Below are positions 50,136 to 64,000 of a stretch of 64,000 nt of DNA, piece by piece. The DNA lies in NCBI RefSeq assembly GCF_009914755.1, contig NC_060934.1. One strand, given 5' to 3'. The stretch comes from the human T2T-CHM13v2.0 reference genome, Homo sapiens. The translations under genes and the position numbers were made by a program. Below the pieces are notes generated by a model, which did no database searches, had not been told where the DNA came from, and saw only the letters and a program-made list of their open reading frames with translations. Within the stretch, counting starts at the first letter, position 1. Each line of letters begins with the position of its first letter.

Positions 50136-52056
50136 GTGTTTGTTGAGTCACTTTAAGACAAATCCCCTGACTGCTCCTCCCTGCCCCACTACACACCCCC
50201 ACCACACAGAAACACCCCTGATTGATGCCCCTCAGCCTCCTACTTAGAAATTGGAGCACCACACCTGAGCAGGTGAGATTCTATGTGACATGGTGCCTGG
50301 TCTTGATTGTTAATAGAGGAAGGCTTTAAAAGGAGATTACTAAAAACAGGGTGGAAGTGACTCTGAAAAGGAGCCTCAACAAAGGGAGGCTTTTATCTAG
50401 GGTCAGCTCTGCCTTCAGCAGTTGAGCAAATGAAACATTCCTTTTGCTTTTGACAATATTTCAAACTGGAGTAGCCACCCTCATGTTTTGAGAGTACAGA
50501 CACTCGTTCATTATCAGACTGACATTAGCCAGAATATTTTAATGTCAACAAAGACATGTGAATGATTGTTGGCCTGATTATTTCTTATGTCCCCTTTGGA
50601 AGTCTCCATGTGTATCAGATTTTAAATAAGGAATACTTCCAGGTTGATTTTGTTGTTGTTGTTACTGTAAGAATTCTGAATCTTATCAAGGATGCAGTCT
50701 AAGTGAACTTGGAAGAAAGCTTTAGTTTCATATTTTCTGGCTAATGTTCCATAAATGTCATAACTTGGCTGTTTAATGGAGAGTATGTTTTTTTAAATGT
50801 AATAAATTTGCCAAACATTAATGAAGGGAAGAAGAGAGAATAATGGAGAAATGCCATCTCAAGCTTGAAAACATCAAAATTAGCAATAAAAATAGAAGTT
50901 TCTTATCAGGAGTGGGAGGGAGATCATTATAGGCATTAAAATAGACACAGTCTGATCTTTGCTCCTGGTTTCCTATGAGGGACTCATGGGGTAACCTTGA
51001 CCCAGCAGTTCCACTGCTTCATGCCTGTTTCCTCCATTTGTCCCGTGGGAACTGTAATATTCATTTGATTAAGTAACATTTAGATTTCCAGCTGGTACAG
51101 GGAAGTTGTAACAGTCCTGCAGATGACATGGCCTTAGGTCATCCTCATGCCCCCATTGTCCAGTATGGCTCTGAGCAGAAGACTCGTGTGATATTCATAG
51201 TATCCAAATTCAGTAAGTCTACTCATCCTTAAATGAAAGCTGCTTTGTAGGAAAATCTCTAACACCAATGATGACTTAGAATGGGAGAAAAAATTAGTGA
51301 GATTTAGTTGGACTCAGAAAAAAATTTAAGACAGTAGTTTTATTACTTAGAAAGATTCATGTTAACTAGGATCAAGTTAAATCCTGGCCTAATGGCAATT
51401 TTTTCACAGAAACTACTTTGACACATCTTTAAGAATGGTCTGTTTTTAATATATTGTCTTTGCATTCTTCTGAAGGTGCTTCTAAAGTGAGGGTTCATGA
51501 AAACTGCCTTACATAATTTAAGCTTTCTTCTGCAACCATATGTACGGTGTCATTGGTTTACTAAGAAATTATTTTAATGTTAAATTTTATGTACTTTTTA
51601 AAATTCTTAACTAGAGGGGCCCAAATACATGAGGTTTTATTATTGTGGTTCTTTTATGTTTTGTTACAGGTTTTCTCTGCTCACAGAGTGCTTGGCAAAC
51701 ATAATAAATGCTTGAGTTAACTGATAAATAAATGAATTAGCGAAAGGCTGTAGATCTAACCCTCATAGTTAGCCTTACTTTATTCTATGTGTGGAGACAG
51801 AATCCCTGATCCTGAACACCCATTCAATACCATTTGCAAAGGCCATTTGTACAGTCTAGCCCATGAAGAAAAGCATATGACTGCAATGAGATGTGGGGTT
51901 TATTCCATCGTGGTAGTCTTCTTGCTCACAGTGACAGACTTCAGCACTCTTTCCACACTTATGCATTCTAATCAAAGAGTTAGGGAATGCGTACACTTCC
52001 TGCCTGCAGCGGTGTTAGAAAGAGTGTGTCGTGGATTTTCTCTTTATGCCAGATCA

Positions 52057-52571
<515 letters not shown>

Positions 52572-52682
52572 GGCTCTCTATTTTAACACATCTTGACCAC
52601 TCTGATTGTCTTTCTTGCTCTCCTCTGCCGTCTAAAGTGGGGAGATCCTGCTCAGTTGCTGGAATTTAGTAGTCATGGAAGC

Positions 52683-52877
52683 TTTCTTTTTTCTTTCTTT
52701 CTTTTTCTTTTTCTTTTTTTTTTTTTTTTTTTTGAGACAGGGTCTCGCTCTCTTGCTCAGGCTGGAGTGCAGTGGCATGATCGTGGCTCACTGCAGCCTT
52801 GAACTCCTGGTTTCACACAATCCTTCCTCCTTAGCCTCCTAAGTAGCTTGAACTACAGGCATGCACCCTCACATCCT

Positions 52878-52909
<32 letters not shown>

Positions 52910-53030
52910 GAAGAGACAGGGTCTTGCTATATTACCCAGGCTGGTCTCAAACTCCCGGCCTCAAGCAGTCCTCCCACCTCAGGCTCCCAAAGTCCTAGGA
53001 TTACAGGCATGAGCCACTGCACCCAGCCAA
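52683..53030 (-). mobile_element. Alu (AluJ) with a long poly-T linker
   Basis: Reverse dimer. Confidence 0.92.
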
Positions 53031-54914
53031 AACTTTCTTAAACACATCTCCAAACAGAGCTAATCTTTCCTTTCTGTGCTCCCAAGGACTCAAATCACAG
53101 TGGACACAAAGTCTCTGCTTTCCAGTTTTTCTCAAAGAGCATTTTTGAGGAGGGACTGTGAGCATTTCGAAGAGGAGAAGTGATCTTTAATCCACAGTGG
53201 ATCCCCATTCCCCAGCATAGACCAACTTCTCTGTAAAAGTCTGCAAATGAGTCAAAATCAAGCAACAACTTCACAATCGCAGAGCTGCTTCCTAGCATTC
53301 TTAACTCTGGTATCAATGGTGCTAAGTATTCTAGAATAAATTTCTCAAAAGGATAGCAATCTTATTTCTAATATGGCAGCCTTCCAATAAATAACATGGC
53401 AGCTGAGAAAAGGAAAACAATAGTCAAATGTCATTGAAACACTAGTTACCTATGTAGATTATGTCTGGATTCACAGCCCAACTCACCATCGGCAAAACTC
53501 TTCCCTGATTATATTACACTTATGATGGTCTCAAAGCCTTTTCCAAAAATAAGAAAGTACATTTTCTGACTTAAAACTTGTAGCATTTTCAGATCTATTA
53601 AGATGAGATTACCACAGTAAGTACTTCTGTATAGAACCATTCCACAAAACATTTATTGGTTCCTATGAGTTTTTAAGGCGTTAAATCTGATATCCAACAA
53701 CTGACTGTGTTATTATCAGTCCTGCCTCACAAATTGCTCTGCTACATAACAAAACGAGGTTTTACAGATCAGAGTGATCAGCTGGAGTCATTTCAGGTAT
53801 TTCCCTGAAGGTCTTAAAATGGCAACTTCTTAAACAATGCACCCAGCGACTGGCATCCTCATCATATTGGCTAAAACAACTGCTATTTTTCTTATTCTGT
53901 CTTTATGGTAGATACCATTTTCTTTTTAACAGATGGAATATAGGGAGAAAAATTCTAGCCTGTTTTACTCATTAATGAGTCAGAGGAAAAGTCCCCACTG
54001 CTTCTAATTATCAGGAGTCATTGTCAAGATCTCTAGCAAGGAAATGTGTTTACGTTATCAAGAAAGTTAACAAATTGCCAAACTGTACACAGTAAGGGAA
54101 CTTTCATGAGCATGCTGCTTGTCCCCAACTCCTGTACCTACCCAGGTCCTGGTGATCTGGGTGGTAACTGTGATACTGGGATCCAATTGTGAACATCATA
54201 AGAGTGTTTTTGTAGAAACTAGGGTAAAACATACCTCTGAGGATAAATAGTAACAATCTGCTGAACTTGCAGCTTTGCTTCTTTTCCATAGCAAATGCTT
54301 CACCGCTGCTAGGCAAGCAAAGGTGCTCTACTGACACCCCCAAAACCCCAAACATCCACTGGCTCTTAAATAACAGGGTGAACATGATGTCATCATGAGA
54401 CAGTCTGGTTGGGGCCAAGAGTTTTTGCAGGCATGTAGTTTGAAAGGGCTGAACTTGTCTTCTGCCATCCCCTAAAAGATCACGTGAAGGTCAGACTAGG
54501 GCTTGGAAAGGCTCACTGCATTTATGCCCTCTCATTAACATGGAAGAGCTACCTTTTTATCAAAAGCCAGTCCCTCCCATCCTACCAGAAACCTCACTAT
54601 CTCCTTCCTCCCCAACGTCCTTCTCTTTCCCTTATCTCCATCCTCTCTGTCTGCTTCCTCCTTCCCATCATCATTAAACATGCTCAAGTATCTTTTAACT
54701 CTGACAACCCTTCCCTCCCTAAACCTCATGCCACCTCCAACCACATCCCTGCTTCCCTGTGTCAGCTGAAATTATCCATGTCAGCTGAAATTAAAGCATT
54801 GCTTTCACTCACTATATCCAACTCCTCACTTCCCTCTTTCTTCTTAACCCTCTCCACTCCTGTTTTGATCCTACCACCTCACCAAACTACTATCATTATC
54901 AAGATACTAAGGAC

Positions 54915-55477
54915 TATAAAGCTAAACATAGCCATGCCATATAACCCAGCAATCCCACTCCCAACAAAAATAACCTAATGTTCAAACAAAGCCTGTATGC
55001 AAATGTTTCTAATAGCTCTATTTGTAATCAACAAAAACTGAAAATAACTAACCTGTCCCTCAACCTATGAATGGGTACACAAATTGCAGTCTGTGTACAC
55101 CATGGAACACTACTCAACAATGGAAAGGACTGAACTGTTCACTCATGCAATAGCTTGAATGATTCTTAAATATATTTCATTAAATGAAAGAAACCTGGCT
55201 CAAAAAACTATGTACCATATGATTTCACTGATAACGTTATGAAAAAAAAACAAAAACCTAGGAATGGGAAACAAATAGTAGGTTTCCAGGAGTGGAGACA
55301 GAAGAGTGAACTACTATGGGATAGCATGGTAAAATGTCAGGGTGATGGAACTGTTTTGTATCATGGCTGTGATGGTAGATAGCCAACTCTTTGTATTTGT
55401 CAGAATCCATATAACTCTACAGGACAAAGTGAATTTTACTGTGTGTATGTATAGTGTGTGTGTGTGTGTGTGTGTGT

Positions 55478-55509
<32 letters not shown>

Positions 55510-55550
55510 AATCAGGATGTAGAGGCACCCCAAAATGAAATATGAACTGA
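54915..55550 (+). mobile_element. Ancient L1MC/MD 3' end with internal (TG)n
   Basis: CCATATAACCCAGCAATCCCACTCC...GGTGATGGAACTGTTTTGTATC. Confidence 0.75.
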
Positions 55551-55554
55551 GACT

Positions 55555-57938
<2,384 letters not shown>

Positions 57939-57959
57939 TAATGGTATTAATGGCCTCTA

Positions 57960-59480
<1,521 letters not shown>

Positions 59481-59817
59481 GCAGGTGCTCCATAAATATC
59501 TATTGGACAGAAAAACAAGTTAAGGTAATCAGCTGAGTAACACACAGTACAATACATTGTATATAGGTAACGGTGGGCCATTGAAGGCATTCGTGCATGG
59601 AAAGACACTGGGGATTGTGTTAAAAGCATTAACATGGCAATCATGTGCAAGAAAGATTGGGGAAACCAACAACACTATTATAATGTAATAGGCCAGGCAT
59701 GGAGGAATATAGCCTGGATTAGAATGGTGACAATAGGAAGAGGAAAAATTTATAGGATCTGATGACTAGTTGTACTTCAAAGGAATAAGGGAAAAAGTAG
59801 ATTCAGAGATTAGCATC

Positions 59818-60140
59818 TGGCTGGACTCAGTGGTTCATGCCTATAATCCCAGTTACTTAGCAGGCTGAGGCAGGAAGATCCCTTGAGCCTGGGAGTTTAA
59901 GACTAGCCTGAACAACATAGCAAGATCCTATCTCTGAAAACACAAAAAAACATTAGCCAAGTGTGGTGGCTTATGCCTGTAGTCCCAGCTACTCAGGAGG
60001 CTGAGGAGGGAGGATCACTTGAGCCTAGGAGGTGGAGGCTGTAGTCACATCACTGCACTCCAGCCTGGGCAACAGGATGAGACCCCATCTCTAGAAAGAA
60101 AAAGAGAGAGAGAGAGGAAGGCGAAAAGAAAAGAAAAGAA
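59818..60140 (+). mobile_element. Alu (AluJ)
   Basis: Dimer with GA-rich tail. Confidence 0.9.
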
Positions 60141-61270
60141 GAGTCTGGAAATTTTTTAAATAGTAAGAAATTAAGAAGAAAAGAACTGGGTTTCAGAGGC
60201 AGCTAATGATTCCAGGCCAATAAATTGTCACGGTGATGGAGAGACTTGTGAAGAATTCCAAGTGGCCTAAAAAACAGAAGTCATATTTCAAAGACTGTCT
60301 GCATACCTCTTCCAAATCAGGACCATCTGCAAGGAAAGCTGAAGTGAAATCATTATTTATGCAGATAATTTTCTCGGCAGGTGGTCTCCTTTTCTTCAGG
60401 CAGAATTGTGCCAAGGCCAGGCCACATTTCATAGGCAGGAACAGCCACGGCACCAATGGGGAGGTACCTGCATTCCTCTAGGGAAACTGCCTGGAACTAC
60501 AGGCCACGGATCTCTGTGTTCCAGGGGCAACACGCCTCCTTTTCTGCTTGCATGCCCTGGAGCTGCCGCTGATCTTTGGCAGAGGAGACCCAGAAAAAAG
60601 GCCAGTTAACCCACAGAACGTAAAGCCGTGCTTGTGAGCATGTGGGTTATGGACCTGATGACCTTTGGTTTTCTGAGGCAAAGGAGGAAGAGCAGCTCTC
60701 AGTAAAGCATATGGGATCTTATGGAAACAGAAAAGCTGCAAGGGCCCTAGGAGGTGTGGGACACGAGGAGAAATTCCAGAGACCTGCTGCTACTTTCACA
60801 GTTAGGTGTGAGCTGAGATTCGCACCTAACTGTGGAGGAGATACAACTGTTTTGCCCATCCTACACTTAGAGGAAAAATAAAGAGTGGCTTTAGACTACA
60901 AAGTATAGAGAAAGCAGAGTGTCTGAAATATGGAACTGAAGTTTGCAAAACCCCAAACAGAAAAGAAACCAGGACTTTGGGGACACTAAAAGCTCACTGA
61001 GGCTCTAGATGGATTGCTCTGTTCTGTGAGTGGAGAAGGGTCTACTCAGCTATATCTAGAGACCAAAGGCCAAAAGCTACAGCCTTGATACCCTCTGTGG
61101 GGCAGGGTCCATGCAAGCCACTTTCTGGCAGCTCAGGGACTAGACAAATTTCTCTGAGCTCTGTGGGAAGTTGGGGAATGGATTTAAGGTAAATTTCATA
61201 GGCTGTTAGTCTGCTCAGACTATCTGACTATCTCAAAGAGAGCAGCCTGTAACCCTCCCCTCTGAAGGGG

Positions 61271-61273
<3 letters not shown>

Positions 61274-61311
<38 letters not shown>

Positions 61312-61332
61312 GAGAGAGACAGACAGACACAC
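61274..61332. repeat. (TG)n followed by (AG)/(AC) microsatellite
   Basis: Direct reading. Confidence 0.9.
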
Positions 61333-61357
61333 AGGGAAAGAATGCCTATTGGAAGAC

Positions 61358-61518
61358 CCTGTCTCTGAAAAAAAAAGTTTTCATTAGCTAGGCATGGTGG
61401 TATGCACCTGTAGTCCCAGCTACTTGAGAGGCTGAGACAGAAAGATCGCTTGAGACCAGGAGTTCAAGGCTGCAGTGAGCTGTGATTGCACCACTATATT
61501 CCAGCCTGGGTGACAGAG
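61358..61518 (+). repeat. Alu fragment that is a near-identical copy of 58480-58642
   Basis: Shares private substitutions; no tail and no TSD. Confidence 0.9.
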
Positions 61519-61736
61519 GGTTCAAGTTCAAGACCAGACTGCACCCACTTCAGTCCACTCACTAAACCACTGTAGAAAAAACAACAGCAAGAAAAGCCAT
61601 CAGGCACCCTCTCTAATCTTGCCCAGGAGTCCCCACCCTTGTTTGGGCAAATCCATTTCCCGGCTCCCAGGAAGAAGTTGGGAAGGCCCTTTTCTTTTTT
61701 TTTATTTTTATTTTTATTTTTTTCTCCTGCAAAAAC

Positions 61737-62119
61737 TTTTTTTTTTTTAATACTTTAAGTTCTAGGGTACATGTGCACAACGTGCAGGTTTGTTACATAT
61801 GTATACATATGCCATGTTGGTTTGCTGCACCCATTAACTCGTCATTTACATTAGTTATTTCTCCTAATGCTATCCCTCCCCCATTCCCCTACCCCACGGC
61901 AGGTCCCAGTGAGTGAAGTTCCCCTTCCTGTGACCAAGTGTTCTCATTGTTCAATTCCCACCTATGAGTGAGAACATGCAGTATTTGGTTTTCTGTCCTT
62001 GTGATAGTTTGCTCAGAATGATGGTTTCCAGCTTCATCTATGTGGCTATGAAGGACATTAACTCATCCTTTTTTATGGCTGCATAGTATTCCATGGTGTA
62101 TATGTGCCACATTTTCTTT
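61737..62119 (-). mobile_element. L1PA 3' end (about PA5-7)
   Basis: TACTTTAAGTTCTAGGGTACATGTGCACAACG...CCACATTTTCTTTA. Confidence 0.92.
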
Positions 62120-62411
62120 ATATATATATATATATTATATATATATATTTTATTATACTTTAAGTTCTAGGGTACATGTGCACAATGTGCAGGTTTGTTA
62201 CATATGTATACATGTGCCATGTTGGTGTGCTGCACCCATTAACTCGTCATTTACATTAGGTATATCTCCTAATGCTATCCCTCCCCCCTCCCCCCATCCC
62301 ACAACAGTCCCCGGTGTGTGATGTTCCCCTTCCTGTGTCCAAGTGTTCTCATTGTTCAATTCCCACCTATGAGTGAGAACATGTGGTGTTTGGTTTTTTT
62401 GTCCTTGCGAC
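62120..62411 (-). mobile_element. Second L1PA 3' end (about PA4-5) with a (TA)n tail
   Basis: Restarts TTATACTTTAAGTTCTAGGG at ~62152 and ends GTCCTTGCGA. Confidence 0.92.
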
Positions 62412-63596
62412 ACTGCAGGGGTAGATAGGTTACTAGTTTTGCCACTGCAGAGATGATTCCCACCTCAAATGCTGCCTCATTTCACCTGCCTTGAAAGGAG
62501 ACTTGATATGATTTCCTTGTCTTTTATTTGCCTGCCAATAATATTCCACCTGATAAGAGGTGGCTGCAGTTGCATTACTGGGACAGCCCTTTTCTTTTAT
62601 TTGTCCTCCTCCTCCCCTCCCTCTCCTGTCTTCACTATAGCAAAATAAGTCTTTGTGTCTCATTTCATTGGTCTTCAATCCTTTTAGGGTTTTTTTTGTT
62701 TGTTTTCATCACTCCACCAAGAAACAAGGGTCTGAGGCTGCTATTATGTTAGTTAGGTTGGTAATAAGCTTGAAGTTGCTACTCTACTTGGTCAATAAAG
62801 TCTGAGCCCAGCAGGTTGCACATCTGTTTCATTAAGAATAAAAGGTTTCTGTGCAGACAGCGACCCATTGGGTGTATGCAGCTGCCAGAGAGGACACTCT
62901 GTGACTCGGTATGAAGCCCAGGAGATAGCAATAGTGAACTTGTAACATACATTTAAATACATTAATTACTTTGGGTGTGAAAATTATCACAAAAGAGTAA
63001 CAGTAAAATCAACATAACTAACCATCACCCTATCATAATAGGCCCTTTTTCAAGTCTGTCTGCTGATCCACAAGGTTGACTGTAAATAGGGTGCTTTCTC
63101 ACTCTGTGTCTTATGTAAGACAAGCACTTAATACTTAAAGTGAATGTTGCTTTTAGCAAGGCTGTCATTTAGTTTGTGTCCTGGCCCAGTTTAGACAGTT
63201 GCCTTCAAGGCAATAAATATTATCAACTTTTCCCTTTTCAAACTATTTTGCAAGGAAATCAATTCTCATACTATAGAATATATTTCTAGTATGACTGCAG
63301 TTTTTATTATTTAGATCTTAATTATCTTAGGTATTTTGCTTTTCTATTTTCTTCCTTTTCATGTCAGCTTTAGAGAAATTAGATATTGTTTGTTTGTTTT
63401 CTATTTTCCTCATAAAATGAACTAGGAAAATAAAAATTCAGCAATATACTCCTATTATTAAATGCCCTAAAAATATATAGAAAAAATATGCCCAAGGAAC
63501 CTGGGATAAATGTTTTGTATCAGAAATTTTGTGGCCACTTTGTGGCCCTGCTAACAAACATCCTTTAAGCTGCTTTTTATGGTGTTTCTTTTTCTC

Positions 63597-63632
63597 AACA
63601 AAACAAAACAAAACAAAAACAAAACAAAAAAC
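63597..63632. repeat. (AAAAC)n microsatellite
   Basis: Direct reading. Confidence 0.9.
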
Positions 63633-64000
63633 AGTATTCCACGTTACCATTGCTAAAAAGAACTAAAACAACAAACTGCAATTTTTGGAGTCAAATCACA
63701 AAAGGAGTCAAGGTCAAAATACAGCCATGGCTTGATGAAGAAAAGCACTCCTGTGTTAACAGCATACATTATTGCAGAAACCCAGCTGATGGGACATCTG
63801 AGAAGATCATTAGCAGTGGCCACACGGTATTGGCACAAGTTTCATTTTTTTCCCTAATGGTTATTAGTGGAGTTTTATGATTCTAAATTATTCATAAAAT
63901 TGTCTAAGACATTTAAATAATGTAAAAAAAAAGTTCTAAAATTTGTTTTTAAGTATTTGGATTCCCTTTCTATGCATGCTTGGGAACCAGCAAGGACATC

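Noticed and set aside
51670-51730. Acceptor followed by AATAAA (possible terminal exon)
   Set aside because: The AATAAA lies in a MIR/L2-like end; no other support
54484-54978. 164-aa plus-strand ORF
   Set aside because: GTG start; Leu/Ser/Pro bias from pyrimidine-rich L2-like DNA; ends inside an old L1
60400-60463. Possible internal exon (TTTTCTTCAG|G ... GAG|GTACCT)
   Set aside because: TAG stop in the phase-1 frame required by the 6428 exon; weak donor
63650-63880. Short ORFs on both strands at the window end
   Set aside because: Non-ATG starts, no convincing splice pair, no recognisable protein similarity

Overview
Primate (human-like) genomic DNA dominated by interspersed repeats: about 25 Alus (J, S and Y), many L1s of different ages, L2/MIR relics, MaLR/ERVL LTRs and hAT/TcMar DNA-transposon MITEs. 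I found no tRNA, rRNA or CRISPR features. The one credible host-gene feature is a repeat-free, CpG-retaining block near 6.1-6.65 kb. It carries a + strand ATG (6428) in an A(-3) context, a 70-codon basic/Ser/Pro-rich frame with an SxLP motif and an AMPK/MARK/SIK-type phosphosite, and a splice donor at 6638/6639. It looks like a (possibly alternative) first coding exon followed by an intron of more than 57 kb; I cannot name the gene. The near-total antisense orientation of the younger L1s and MaLR LTRs supports a + strand host transcript. The repeats record several unusual events: a full-length L1PA4-like element nested in a 5'-complete ancient L1MA with a ~240-bp monomer array; an L1PA3-like element with intact ends but a 4.4-kb internal deletion; a tail-less inverted L1 fragment centred in a 14-bp palindrome; a deletion of an L1 G-tract with a templated insert; and two local copy-paste duplications. 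Subfamily calls come from recalled consensus diagnostics, not a RepeatMasker run.
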